Translations under genes and position numbers: made by a program
The notes under the pieces: generated by a model
Told to the model about the DNA's origin: nothing
Databases searched by the model: none
The model's input: the letters and a program-made list of their open reading frames with translations, nothing else
Assembly (NCBI GenBank): GCA_035527755.1
Contig: DATKZX010000022.1
Location: forward strand, 21,863-85,862
Reading direction: 5' to 3'
Source: Methanomassiliicoccales archaeon
GTDB taxonomy: Archaea; Thermoplasmatota; Thermoplasmata; Methanomassiliicoccales; UBA472
DNA length: 64,000 nucleotides
Part shown: piece after piece, positions 29,218 to 39,243 of the stretch
How positions within the stretch are numbered: position 1 is the first letter of the stretch
Layout of the letters: each line of letters begins with the position of its first letter

Positions 29218-30033
29218 TTAAGGATTGTCTTGTCCGTTTTCGGCGTCCGGTACGAAATCGCTGGGTATGCCTGGGTCCAGCGCACCTACTTCCTTTAAGA
29301 TGCGCTTCAGGAAGGTCTTGGTACGGGGATTCTGCGGATTGACGAATATCTGCTCGGCCGTTCCCTGTTCTGCTATTAGGCCTTGGTCCATGAAGATCAC
29401 CTGATCGGCCATGTCCCGGGCGAAGCCCATCTCGTGAGTGACGACCACCATGGTCATTCCCGATAAGGCCAAGGACTTCATGACATCTAGCACCTCGCCT
29501 ATGAGTTCGGGGTCCAAGGCCGAGGTGGGTTCGTCGAACAGAATGACCTTGGGGTTCATGGCCAACGCGCGGGCGATGGCCACCCGTTGCTGCTGCCCCC
29601 CGGAGAGCTCACCGGGATAGGCGTCCGCCTTGTCGCTCAACCCCACCTTGTTGAGGGTCTGGATCGCCAGTTCCTCGGCCTCCTGCTTCTTCATCTTCTT
29701 GACCTTCATCAAGGCCAACGAGATGTTCCTCTTGGCCGTAAGGTGCATGAAGAGGTTGAAGGATTGGAACACCATGTTCATCTGGGCGCGCACTGCATTG
29801 ATGTCGATGTCCTTGTCGGTGATGTTGTGCCCCAGGAAGATCACCTTTCCACCGTCCGGCTCGTTCAACAGATTCATGCACCTCAGCAAAGTGCTCTTCC
29901 CGCTGCCGCTGGGACCAATGATGGTAATGACCTCCTGCGGCATGACCTTCATTGAAATGCCGCAGAGGACCTCATGGTCACCGAACGATTTCTTGACGTC
30001 CACGAGTTCGAGAATAGGTTCCACCATCTTCAC
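29218..30033 (-). CDS. Polar amino acid ABC transporter ATP-binding protein
   Basis: [38 protein letters not shown]. Confidence 0.95.
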   Translation of the reverse strand: MKMVEPILELVDVKKSFGDHEVLCGISMKVMPQEVITIIGPSGSGKSTLLRCMNLLNEPDGGKVIFLGHNITDKDIDINAVRAQMNMVFQSFNLFMHLTAKRNISLALMKVKKMKKQEAEELAIQTLNKVGLSDKADAYPGELSGGQQQRVAIARALAMNPKVILFDEPTSALDPELIGEVLDVMKSLALSGMTMVVVTHEMGFARDMADQVIFMDQGLIAEQGTAEQIFVNPQNPRTKTFLKRILKEVGALDPGIPSDFVPDAENGQDNP

Positions 30034-30710
30034 TCACTCCCCATCATGCCTGGTATGGCGAACTTCTTCTCCACGACCCTCATGATCCTTGACGTGCTGA
30101 AGGTCAAGACGAAATAGAGCACCGCCACGAATATGAGCACCGGGATGGATTGACCGGTCGTTGCACTGATCAATTTACCCCTCAGTGTTAGCTCTAGGAC
30201 CCCTATGGTCATTACCAGCGAGGAATCCTTGATCATAGTGATGAACTCGTTCGTGTACGGAGGTAGGGCATTGCGGATGGCCTGGGGGATCACGACGCTG
30301 AACAAAGATTGATTATAACTGAGGCCCAAGGATCTGGCTGCCTCCATCTGTCCCTTTGATATTGATTGGACCCCACCTCTGAATATCTCCGCCTGATAGG
30401 CGGCACTGTTCAGAGAAAGAGCGAGGAGACCAGCCACTAGAGGACTGGATACATAGATGCCCAATTGCGGAAGGCCGAGATAGACAAGGAATATTTGGAT
30501 CAGAAGTGGCGTTCCTCTGAACGCCTCCACATAGATCGTGGACAGACCGTAGATCACCGGATTACGGGATATCCTCCCCATGCCGATGAGGATCCCCCCT
30601 ATGAACCCGAGAACGATCGATATGACCGCGATCAGGAGGGTCATCTGCAACCCTCGCATAAAGACGTCGAAGTATTCCGGGACAATGGTCCAGTCGATGG
30701 TCATTACCAT
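30030..30710 (-). CDS. Polar amino acid ABC transporter permease
   Basis: [35 protein letters not shown]. Confidence 0.95.
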   Translation of the reverse strand: MVMTIDWTIVPEYFDVFMRGLQMTLLIAVISIVLGFIGGILIGMGRISRNPVIYGLSTIYVEAFRGTPLLIQIFLVYLGLPQLGIYVSSPLVAGLLALSLNSAAYQAEIFRGGVQSISKGQMEAARSLGLSYNQSLFSVVIPQAIRNALPPYTNEFITMIKDSSLVMTIGVLELTLRGKLISATTGQSIPVLIFVAVLYFVLTFSTSRIMRVVEKKFAIPGMMGSE

Positions 30711-30774
30711 GTTGCAGCACCCTTTCTTTTTTTGAAATATAGATTAGGGAAGAGGTTTAGTTCCTGTAGAACGC

Positions 30775-31626
30775 TTAGATCAGCCACTTGAGCATGATCT
30801 CGTCCAGGGTGCCGTCAGCGACCATGTCGTTGATGGCTGAATCCATGACCGTTTTCAGCTCGGGTTCGCTGTCGGGTATGAGTATACCATAGGATTCCAT
30901 CGTGTAGATGACGAAAGCCACCTTCAGATTGTAGTTCGTATCGTTGGCATACTTGTTGGCCACGGGGGTGTCCACCACGAAAGCGTCATACAGTCCGTTC
31001 TCCACTCCCAGCACGGCTGCGGGAACGTCGGAGAGGGGCACATGACTGACCGGGTCCAGATTATCGTCGACCCACCACTGTCCGGTGGTCCCGGTCTGAG
31101 TGACCAGGGTAGAATCGTTCAGGTCGTCGAGATCGGCTATGGTGCTTGAATTCTGCACCAGGACGGCCTGGTTGGCGACGTAATAGGGTACGGTGAAGTC
31201 ATTGATCACGTCACGCGCAGCGGTAATGGTTATGGAAGATATGGCGCAATCCAGCTGACCGGTCTGCACAGCGGCGAACAGCGGGTCAAAGTCCATGGGT
31301 CGCCAATCAATTTCGACACCTAGCTTCGCGGCGATGTACTGCATGATCTCTATGTCTATGCCCTCGAGTTCGTCAGTGGTAGCGTTGATGTTCTCGAACG
31401 GAGGATATGGGACCTGGGTTCCGACAATGATCGTTCCGCGGTCCTGGATCTTTTCCAAAGCGGTCCTATTGTCGCTGTTGAGGAAACCACCCAATACCAC
31501 AACGGCCACCAGTGCCGCAACGACCACCAGCACGACGGCGATGATCATCATGTTCTTATTACCACCCTTCTTTTTCAGGGAGGCCCCGCTGTCAGCAGGT
31601 TGACTAGAATTGGTATCGTCTGCCAT
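30775..31626 (-). CDS. Amino acid ABC transporter substrate-binding protein (SBP_bac_3)
   Basis: N-terminal TM anchor, YPPFE, GIDIEI, ITITAAR, FTVPY, ESYGI. Confidence 0.92.
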   Translation of the reverse strand: MADDTNSSQPADSGASLKKKGGNKNMMIIAVVLVVVAALVAVVVLGGFLNSDNRTALEKIQDRGTIIVGTQVPYPPFENINATTDELEGIDIEIMQYIAAKLGVEIDWRPMDFDPLFAAVQTGQLDCAISSITITAARDVINDFTVPYYVANQAVLVQNSSTIADLDDLNDSTLVTQTGTTGQWWVDDNLDPVSHVPLSDVPAAVLGVENGLYDAFVVDTPVANKYANDTNYNLKVAFVIYTMESYGILIPDSEPELKTVMDSAINDMVADGTLDEIMLKWLI

Positions 31627-31694
31627 AATTCGACACGGATGCCTTATTTTAATTTAAAACTATTTTCATTTGGGATAATGAAAAAGGACTTAAT

Positions 31695-31729
31695 TACGTT
31701 AATTCGTAAGAAAGACTACGATTAACGTA
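31695..31729. promoter_or_regulatory. Inverted repeat, candidate operator of the amino acid ABC operon
   Basis: TACGTTAAT(T)CGTA-N8-TACGATTAACGTA. Confidence 0.55.
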
Positions 31730-31799
31730 TAATCTATGCCCATATTTGCCCAATAAATACGATTTTCGAGGATCGGACAGGTATGGATATGATTTCAGC

Positions 31800-32333
31800 C
31801 TAATCATTCCGCATCCTGTTCCAGATGTCGATGAGGGCGTCGGCGGCATCTCTTTCCATGTCTCCCTCCACCCAGACCAACAGATCGGCCAGTTTTTTAG
31901 GGTCGACCACGCTGACGAAGGTCCCTCCGTCCTTGCTTATTTTGATCAGACCGGCGGCGGACAGCCGCTTTATATGATAGGAGAGGGTGGACTTGGACAC
32001 TGCCACCAGGAGCATCAGGTCAGAAAAGCTGACGCTGCCCCGGTCCAGGGCGTGCATGAGTATGGCCCGGGTAGAACGATTGCGGAGATGGGACAGGATC
32101 TTACGGTCTGTGAGAATAAAACCCTCCGAAAGGAAGTAGCGCTGATGGTTCCCCTCTTCCTCAGCCCGGATCATGCCTGCGTCCGTGAGCACTCGCAGAT
32201 GATATGTGAGCATACCCACCTGCAGGTCCAGCTCCCTCTCCATCTCTCTCATATATGTACCTGGCCTGGAACGTATGAACTCGAATATCCTACGGCGGCT
32301 CTCCAGGTCCAGGGGCTCGTCCATCGATATCAT
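31800..32333 (-). CDS. Tandem winged-HTH transcriptional regulator (COG3398-like)
   Basis: RRRIFEFIRSRPG...LTYHLRVL and a second HTH SKSTLSYHIKRL. Confidence 0.85.
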   Translation of the reverse strand: MISMDEPLDLESRRRIFEFIRSRPGTYMREMERELDLQVGMLTYHLRVLTDAGMIRAEEEGNHQRYFLSEGFILTDRKILSHLRNRSTRAILMHALDRGSVSFSDLMLLVAVSKSTLSYHIKRLSAAGLIKISKDGGTFVSVVDPKKLADLLVWVEGDMERDAADALIDIWNRMRND

Positions 32334-32593
32334 CCCTTTAACAGAGCCAGGTAGTTCGTGCCGATTATTAGGATCAATACCAGCACCACCAGGTTAGGTA
32401 TGCCCCACACCGCATCATCGGTAAGCTCCCCGAAAAGCGCCATGGCCGAGAGTGCGGTGAACCCCAGGAAGGAGAGCATGACCCAGGTCATCCTCCTTCC
32501 CCTGACCCTTCTCCAGGCCTGCACGCTGACCACAAGCATTATGACCGAAAGACCGAGCAGCACGATCCTCAAGGCCAAATCCAAAGGTTGCAT
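32330..32593 (-). CDS. Small 3-TM membrane protein coupled to the regulator
   Basis: Three hydrophobic helices; its TGA overlaps the regulator ATG (ATGA). Confidence 0.75.
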   Translation of the reverse strand: MQPLDLALRIVLLGLSVIMLVVSVQAWRRVRGRRMTWVMLSFLGFTALSAMALFGELTDDAVWGIPNLVVLVLILIIGTNYLALLKG

Positions 32594-32629
32594 GATTGTT
32601 CCATACCCTTTTTGGCAATAAACCGTTAT

Positions 32630-32646
32630 GGTTCAATCATCGAACC
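32630..32646 (-). promoter_or_regulatory. 17-bp palindromic operator, copy 1
   Basis: Minus strand GGTTCGATGATTGAACC, 7 nt upstream of TATA-like TTTATTG. Confidence 0.65.
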
Positions 32647-32686
32647 GATGGGAAATTGTTTATGGACGTTCCCCTTAGATAATTCC

Positions 32687-33370
32687 ATGGGCGATCTAGT
32701 GATAGGGCTGGAGTTCGTGGTCGCGGCCATCGTTTCCATACTCGTCATCTCCAACCCCATCTCCACATCGGCCGTTTTCATCACCTTGACCGAAGGGATG
32801 AGCCACGAACAGCGGCGAGGGATAGCTGCGAAGAGCATTCGTTATTCCGGGGGCATATTGATCTTCTTCGCCCTAACTGGCCTCTTGGTGTTCCAGATTT
32901 TCGGTTTTGGCGTGGGGGCTTTCCGCATCGCCGGGGGCGTCCTGCTTTTCAGCACCGCGGTTGGCATGCTCAACCCCAGGGAGAGCGGGGTGAATGTCGA
33001 GGAGCGTTTTAGGGATATCGCCCTCATTCCATTGGCCATACCTTTCACTAGCGGGCCTGGGACCATCGTTACCGTAGTGGTCCTGATGTCAGAATCAATG
33101 AATCTGATATCTGAACACGGAGTGCTCACCGGCGGCCTAGCCGTCCTAGGAGTCTATATCGGTATCGCCGTGACCATCACCATATCTTATTTTATGATGG
33201 TCCAGTCGGAGCGTATAGATCGGTTCTTCGGGGAGGGCGGGAGGAAGGTGGTCACCCGTCTGATGGGGCTGCTGGTCATGGCCATATCCATACAATTCGT
33301 CATCAATGGCATCATGGACATACTGCCCGAGTTCGCTCGGGTGTTGCAGGACTCAGGATTTATCCTATGA
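32687..33370 (+). CDS. MarC family membrane protein
   Basis: ISNPI, AFRIAGGVLL, IPLAIPFTSGPGTI, TRLMGLLVMAISIQF..NG. Confidence 0.92.
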   Translation: MGDLVIGLEFVVAAIVSILVISNPISTSAVFITLTEGMSHEQRRGIAAKSIRYSGGILIFFALTGLLVFQIFGFGVGAFRIAGGVLLFSTAVGMLNPRESGVNVEERFRDIALIPLAIPFTSGPGTIVTVVVLMSESMNLISEHGVLTGGLAVLGVYIGIAVTITISYFMMVQSERIDRFFGEGGRKVVTRLMGLLVMAISIQFVINGIMDILPEFARVLQDSGFIL

Positions 33371-33407
33371 GTTCGAAACCTGTACCAACCGGTTCGACGA
33401 CCGTACC
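33370..33407 (+). promoter_or_regulatory. Tandem 17-bp operators, copies 2 and 3
   Basis: AGTTCGAAACCTGTACC (33370-33386) and GGTTCGACGACCGTACC (33391-33407), 21-bp period. Confidence 0.65.
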
Positions 33408-33455
33408 AAAACGCTCATGACCCTTCCCCGGGGTCTAGCAATTAGGTGATAAAAA

Positions 33456-34670
33456 ATGAACAAGAAGGCGTTGAGCATTATATTGGGAGGCTTGCTTCTC
33501 ATCTCGGCACTCGCCTTCGTAGCCACGCCAGTCCTGGCGGACGGTAACGGAGGGAGCAACGAAGATGGGAACGGCCCCTGGTCCGAGGGCGGCGGGGAAA
33601 AGCCAGCCACTCCGGGCGAGCAGGTGAACGATTCCATGTATCAACTGGGAGTGAACCGCTCCTTGATGGGGAAGATGTCCTATAGCTACGGCCACGGTCA
33701 AGGCGGATTTATCTTCTACGATCTGAATGAAGAGAACGGCATGATCACGGACTACGGCCTGATCACTTCCGACGGGGAAAAGGTCATCCTATCCAGCATA
33801 GTCATGGAAGGATCCACTCCTGATGAAATCGAGACCCATGGGTCCATCATCAAGATCGTCGACGACACCACAACGGTCGTTCTGCACGACAACCCCACTG
33901 GTATGTACCATCTCTTTGTGAACGAGAGCACCAACATCACCATCACCCTGGCCGGGGACATGCTGGTCATAGAGCAGAATGTGATGGATGAGAACTGCAA
34001 TTTGACCTATCAGCTGGTCATCTCCGATGGGGAGACCAAGGGCGTGATCGCCTCTGACGACCCATTTGAGGTCACCGAGAACGGCACAGTGATCGACTGC
34101 AATGTCACCGAGCATCTGGTGATCCGATTCCTCCCCCAGGTGGCCCATCGCCATATGGTCATGGAGCAGATCATGATGCAGGCAGTGCAGGATGGTGTCG
34201 TGGCGGCCGAGATCAGCCTTATGGCTGACGAAAATGGCGGCATCTACGACACCGTCTCCTACAGGAACGAGCTGCAAGTACAGGTGAACCAGGTCGTCAA
34301 GAACAAGTTCCAGTTGATGACCCAGGGCCAGAACGCCCAAGGCGCCCTGCTCCTGATACACACTGAAACGAGCACCATGGACATGACCCAGGACCGTCTG
34401 CGTGTAATGCTGAACGATCAGGACATGAAACAGGTGGACGACCCCATGGAACTGATCTATGGGCAACCTGACGAGGCCTGCTACGCGGTGGTCGACGACG
34501 GCGATGTGCAGCAGATGCTGGTCTACCTCCCGGCTAACACCCTAGGTTCCGTGACCGTCGAGGGCGTGGACGCCCTGTCCGAACTGCTTTCCCCCATGGG
34601 GCTGGCGATCGTGATCGGCGCTTTCGGCCTGGTGGCCCTTGCCGGTGTGGTAGCCTTCCGTAAAAGATGA
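33456..34670 (+). CDS. Uncharacterised acidic cell-surface protein
   Basis: RBS AGGTGA, signal peptide ending PVLA, C-terminal TM plus FRKR tail. Confidence 0.85.
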   Translation: MNKKALSIILGGLLLISALAFVATPVLADGNGGSNEDGNGPWSEGGGEKPATPGEQVNDSMYQLGVNRSLMGKMSYSYGHGQGGFIFYDLNEENGMITDYGLITSDGEKVILSSIVMEGSTPDEIETHGSIIKIVDDTTTVVLHDNPTGMYHLFVNESTNITITLAGDMLVIEQNVMDENCNLTYQLVISDGETKGVIASDDPFEVTENGTVIDCNVTEHLVIRFLPQVAHRHMVMEQIMMQAVQDGVVAAEISLMADENGGIYDTVSYRNELQVQVNQVVKNKFQLMTQGQNAQGALLLIHTETSTMDMTQDRLRVMLNDQDMKQVDDPMELIYGQPDEACYAVVDDGDVQQMLVYLPANTLGSVTVEGVDALSELLSPMGLAIVIGAFGLVALAGVVAFRKR

Positions 34671-34681
34671 ACTACTCTCCC

Positions 34682-34705
34682 AAACCCCTTTCCTTATTTT
34701 TTTTT
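34682..34705 (+). terminator. AAACC plus U-tract 3' signal
   Basis: AAACCCCTTTCCTTATTTTTTTTT, 11 nt after the stop. Confidence 0.65.
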
Positions 34706-34713
34706 GACCGTTT

Positions 34714-35607
34714 CTAAGGCTTCCGATCGACCTCTTTGGTGCTCTCCACCACTTGCCAGACGGCACGGTCCCCTTTGTCCAGACGGACGTGAAGAGCGGC
34801 GTAGGCGCGGGCGAACGCCTCCATGGCCATGGCCACGACCATTTTCAATGGGTGCCTGGCGTTATCCTTAAGGAAGCTGAACCAGGCATTGAAAAGGTAA
34901 GACCTGTCCCAAGTGGGTATATCATAATCGAACCAGCGTTTCATATACCGTTCACCGATGTTCACCCTGGTCCTCTGTATGAAAAAATCGTGCACCGTCG
35001 TCGGACCTCGGTTGTAGATCAACGCCCCAGGTTCGTACCTTATCTGGTATCCCCGGTTTTCCAGCTCACGCCGGATGAGGTCCTCGTCGCTTCCCATGCC
35101 AGTAGGTATCTTCAGGCCCACGTTCCTGAACGCCACTATCTCTCCCACCTTGGGGTGTATGAGTGAGAGACGATGATGCATGTCCCAGAGCATGTGAACG
35201 GCGAAGCCCATGTATGTGTCCTTATCGTTCACCGGGATGGGGTGTCCGCCGACCATGCCTGTGCTCGGTTCCTGGAAATGGGCGGCCATCATTTCCAAGG
35301 TGTCCTCCTGCATGACATTATCAGCGTTGGCTAGGAAAAGCACATCACCCTTGGCCTGTTCCACGAAGACGTTCACCGCAGAGTTCTTGCCCTCCCGCCG
35401 TTCCTGCCTGATCAACCGGACGCGCCCATCCGTGGTTCTGGCGTATTCGAGCACTAGCTCGTCCGTACGGTCAACGCTGCCGCTGGAGACCACGAGCACC
35501 TCCATCAGCTCCTTCCCTCGGAAAACTTGGGATGTAAGAGATCGCAGGCATTGGAGGATGTTCTTTTCCTCATTATATGCGCAGACACCAGCTGAAATGG
35601 TCAGCAT
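34714..35607 (-). CDS. Glycosyltransferase family 2
   Basis: AYNEE, SGSVDRT, REGK, NADN, EDL, QRTR motifs. Confidence 0.88.
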   Translation of the reverse strand: MLTISAGVCAYNEEKNILQCLRSLTSQVFRGKELMEVLVVSSGSVDRTDELVLEYARTTDGRVRLIRQERREGKNSAVNVFVEQAKGDVLFLANADNVMQEDTLEMMAAHFQEPSTGMVGGHPIPVNDKDTYMGFAVHMLWDMHHRLSLIHPKVGEIVAFRNVGLKIPTGMGSDEDLIRRELENRGYQIRYEPGALIYNRGPTTVHDFFIQRTRVNIGERYMKRWFDYDIPTWDRSYLFNAWFSFLKDNARHPLKMVVAMAMEAFARAYAALHVRLDKGDRAVWQVVESTKEVDRKP

Positions 35608-35725
35608 CTGAAAGGAATGGAGGCTATTTCCATTATTTAATTTTGAAGTAGCCGTTGGTGAGTTTCATCATAACTACTTTTTTCACCAATCTATAAATAT
35701 AATCTACATTTTTGGAGATTGGAAG

Positions 35726-36835
35726 TTGGGATGCGTAGTGGATGAACATAAGGATCTGACCATCATCCTGCCCACGTACAATGAGGCGGGAAACATTCAG
35801 CCGATGTTAGAGACCCTTAGTTCGTTGTATCCCGGTGCATCCATCATCGTGGCTGATGATAACTCCAAAGATAACACCCAGGAAGATGTTTTGGACTTCG
35901 CCGATTCTCATCCCTTGACACGACTTATAAGCAGGGACCCTGCCGATCGCGGGCTCACCGCCAGCATTATGGATGGGATAGTGAACACGAAAACGGCACA
36001 CTTCGTGGTCATGGATGCGGACTTTCAACACCCTCCAGGATCGGTGGGCGACCTGCATGTGAAGTTGAGGGCAGGGGCAGAGATCGTGGTCGGCGTGCGA
36101 GAGGATAAGACCAAGCTAAGCGTCGGTCGCATGTTGGCCTCCTGGGGAGCGCATATGATGGCCCAGGCATACCTTAAGACCATGAGGCGCCCCAGTTCCC
36201 AGGACACCATGAGCGGTCTCTTCGGCGGGCAAACGAAACTTTGCCAAGGGATCATAGAAGAGAAGGGTCACAAGTTCGAGCGAGCTGGATTCAAGGTCCT
36301 TTTTGATCTGTTGAAGTTCTTGCCCCACAGTACCGAGGTCATCGAGGTTCAGTTCGTCTTCAATACCCGCAGGAGCGGGGAGTCCAAGCTCTCCTCGCGG
36401 GTCATCCTTTCCATACTAAGACAGTGCGGTTTCGTCGGCAAGATCACCGCCTTGGCCGTTCAGTTCATGCTCATCAACATGGTGGGTCGGTTCCTTTCCG
36501 CCCTTTCATTGGGTCTATTGTTCACTTTCTGGATCATGGGGATCCAGCACATCGTATACGATGACCATATGGTCACCTCCACCGTTCTTGCATTCATTCT
36601 GGCCATGTCATACTTGGTGATAGCAAACAAGTACATGCTGACCCACGGACGACGGGACGGGCTGGTGCTCGGAGCCAAGCTGGTGTTCACCGCCTTCTCC
36701 GGCTACATGGTAAATCTGTACATTTTTTACATGGCATTCTCCGCCCCTCTTTCAGTGCAGACCCTGCCAATGTTCCTTGGGTTCGGCGTCGCCTACATGT
36801 GGAACACCTTGAGCAGCGCCATTCCGGAGAACTGA
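35726..36835 (+). CDS. Dolichol-phosphate glycosyltransferase (DPM1-like) with C-terminal membrane domain
   Basis: LPTYNE, DDNSKD, MDADFQHPP, MSG, RRSGESKL followed by 4 TM helices. Confidence 0.88.
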   Translation: MGCVVDEHKDLTIILPTYNEAGNIQPMLETLSSLYPGASIIVADDNSKDNTQEDVLDFADSHPLTRLISRDPADRGLTASIMDGIVNTKTAHFVVMDADFQHPPGSVGDLHVKLRAGAEIVVGVREDKTKLSVGRMLASWGAHMMAQAYLKTMRRPSSQDTMSGLFGGQTKLCQGIIEEKGHKFERAGFKVLFDLLKFLPHSTEVIEVQFVFNTRRSGESKLSSRVILSILRQCGFVGKITALAVQFMLINMVGRFLSALSLGLLFTFWIMGIQHIVYDDHMVTSTVLAFILAMSYLVIANKYMLTHGRRDGLVLGAKLVFTAFSGYMVNLYIFYMAFSAPLSVQTLPMFLGFGVAYMWNTLSSAIPEN

Positions 36836-37825
36836 TCAATTTTCGACCAACTTGTGCAAAAAGACGAGATGCGTATCGTCCAGATTCTGCCCCATCAATG
36901 AATAGGTCGAATCGTCTGCTATGCCCAAAGCCACGGACCCTTGCGCTCCGGCCGATCCTACCGAGACCCTAACGAACGTAGGTTCTCCGATGGCCCATGC
37001 CACTTCAGCCTCCAAGCATCTTGCCAGGTCCCAAGCGAATACGTCCTCCATGCTGGCCCTGAACGGTTTATCCATGGGTCCTCCTAGGACCAGGACCGCC
37101 CCTTGCCCGTAGGGGATTAGGGCCATGGTTGTAAGGTCCATCCCTCTATGGTATATGGGCCCCAGAACGGTCCCCGAAGCGTCTAAGACATCCTTGACCA
37201 GCAGACCATTGCTGGGAGCAACGGTCCTCCATCCGAAAGCTTGTGAGAAAGGGGTAGTGGACACATCCCTACCGCTATCGTATTCCAGTGAAGAAAAGTG
37301 CAGCTGAAGCGTGCCACCCACTTCGGAGGTGAAAGGGACCGAGCCGGGGCCTATCGAGACCAGTAATCCTCCGGCCAACACCCAGGTTTCCGCAGCATGA
37401 CACAGCTCCATATCGTCCCATAGTGAACTGGCCAGTATCAGTGTGCCATTGCCCGATGAGAAGAACGATGCCAGAGCGTTTTGGTCAATGACCTTTACCT
37501 CCCGTGACGAGCCTATATTTTGAAGATCGGCACCCAGATGGTCCATCAGACCCTGTACGTTGGCCGGATTGGAAGCGTTGGCATCTGCCCCTCCGATATC
37601 TAAAAGTATCGTAATATCGTCATGACGGTATTGCTCGATGGGGAAGGCCATGACGCTTGCTGGATATTCGTGCTCATGACCGGGAAGAGAGTAGTGAAGC
37701 ACGGCGGTCTCACCGTCCCACACCAATTCCAATTCCATGTCCTCAGGACCGCCGGTCGGTATCATGAACGAAGAGATGATCAGTAGCGTCACCACCGCCA
37801 ATACCGCCCATAGTTCGCTACGCAT
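36836..37825 (-). CDS. Hypothetical membrane-anchored extracellular protein
   Basis: N-terminal hydrophobic anchor; overlaps the upstream GT-C gene. Confidence 0.7.
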   Translation of the reverse strand: MRSELWAVLAVVTLLIISSFMIPTGGPEDMELELVWDGETAVLHYSLPGHEHEYPASVMAFPIEQYRHDDITILLDIGGADANASNPANVQGLMDHLGADLQNIGSSREVKVIDQNALASFFSSGNGTLILASSLWDDMELCHAAETWVLAGGLLVSIGPGSVPFTSEVGGTLQLHFSSLEYDSGRDVSTTPFSQAFGWRTVAPSNGLLVKDVLDASGTVLGPIYHRGMDLTTMALIPYGQGAVLVLGGPMDKPFRASMEDVFAWDLARCLEAEVAWAIGEPTFVRVSVGSAGAQGSVALGIADDSTYSLMGQNLDDTHLVFLHKLVEN

Positions 37826-39239
37826 GACGGCACCTCCAATCGGTCCACCTTCGCAGTAGGGATTCGACCGGGTCCAGGCGTGCTGGTAGTATAATGCTTG
37901 CCATAACTACCGCCCCCACCCCCCCTAAGACGCTTAAAATGACATATCGAACGAAACTGGCGCTCACAAAATAAGTCATGATACCAGCATTGAGCGCGGT
38001 TACCCCGGGAGATCCGACGAATTGAGCCCATGGATAGAAGAAGGCGAATCCGGACTGTAGTGAGATGATGAAAAGTAATCCGACCACTGTGAGTATGTAC
38101 AGTTTACCCAGCATCTGAGGTTTTACCAGGGAGAGCAGTAACAGAGGAGGGAACAGCCAGATCAGATGTTGTGGGTTGGTGACCGGCTGGGTCAACAACA
38201 ATATGATGATCACGAAGGTATTGGCCAGTAGGAAGTTCTCCCTCTCGTTCCCCTCCGGTCGACGAAGCAGGAGGAAAGAGACCAGTATGGTCAATGCCAA
38301 CCCTAGGACCGTTAACAAAATGCCAAGGGGGAAGACGGCCCCGCCCGTCCCCCCTCCAGTTCCGAGCGCCTCGATCACTGGAGATAGGAACCAGAGATTC
38401 AGTCCTCCCAACGATGTATATGTCCCTCGTCTCAACACAAATTCCAGGAAGGAACTGGAGCTCAGAAGGAAAGGCAGAATGGCAGCCAAGCTCAGTCCTC
38501 CTCCGGCGATGAAGAGGGCGAAAGGGCGGAGGGAAATGAGACCTTTTCCTGCCCGGGCCTCTCGGACCAGGATCAAGGACAGGGAGACGATGCACAGTAT
38601 GATAAGATACACTGGATAGATCTTCAGTAGCACCCCCACCCCCAAGACCGTGCCGCTCAGTAGGTAACGGCGGTCCATGAAGGCCAACATGCCCACCAGA
38701 GCGCAATATGCAGGAAGCACATCGAACTGACCATGCACCGCGCTGACGAAAATGACCAGAGGGTTGAGGAACCATATCAAGAAAGCCTTCACCGCGATCT
38801 CTTCGCCTTTCCATGATCGGACCGTACGGAAGATGAGCAGCCCCACTAACAGGTCGCCCAGGATGAGCGGGGTCTTCAGCAGCAGATTGAAGGCCGGGGC
38901 GGTCACGAAAGGTACCAGCATCCCCGTGGTACGGGAGACCTCGACCATCGAGGGAACGAAGACCCCTAGGTTCCCCGGATCGAAGAATTGTGAATACAGG
39001 AAAATGAGAGGATATGAGATGACCGCAAATAGCGGAGGGTAGGAGAATAATACCATGCCATAAGGTCCGGTCCCCGCCAATGTCCCGGCCGCAGCACTGT
39101 AGAAAGGATAAGCATCATAAGGGACCGATGTCCAGGGAGCCAGTAGAAACCGGACCGCTAGTCCGATCAAGATGAACTTCAATACGATTGGTGTGGGAGC
39201 AATGGTTGATCGTAGGACATCCCATACTTTAAGCCGCAT
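37818..39239 (-). CDS. GT-C fold membrane glycosyltransferase (GT87/PIG-M-like)
   Basis: Many TMs, YD near the N-terminus, FSYPP, LKTPLILGD, FLNPL, HGQFD, K.YP, NPQH..W. Confidence 0.8.
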   Translation of the reverse strand: MRLKVWDVLRSTIAPTPIVLKFILIGLAVRFLLAPWTSVPYDAYPFYSAAAGTLAGTGPYGMVLFSYPPLFAVISYPLIFLYSQFFDPGNLGVFVPSMVEVSRTTGMLVPFVTAPAFNLLLKTPLILGDLLVGLLIFRTVRSWKGEEIAVKAFLIWFLNPLVIFVSAVHGQFDVLPAYCALVGMLAFMDRRYLLSGTVLGVGVLLKIYPVYLIILCIVSLSLILVREARAGKGLISLRPFALFIAGGGLSLAAILPFLLSSSSFLEFVLRRGTYTSLGGLNLWFLSPVIEALGTGGGTGGAVFPLGILLTVLGLALTILVSFLLLRRPEGNERENFLLANTFVIIILLLTQPVTNPQHLIWLFPPLLLLSLVKPQMLGKLYILTVVGLLFIISLQSGFAFFYPWAQFVGSPGVTALNAGIMTYFVSASFVRYVILSVLGGVGAVVMASIILPARLDPVESLLRRWTDWRCRHA

Positions 39240-39243
39240 ATGG

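Noticed and set aside
33370..33410. GTTCGA words read as tRNA fragments, att sites or a mini-CRISPR
   Set aside because: Only two imperfect 17-bp units 21 bp apart, no spacers, cas or integrase genes; better explained as operators.
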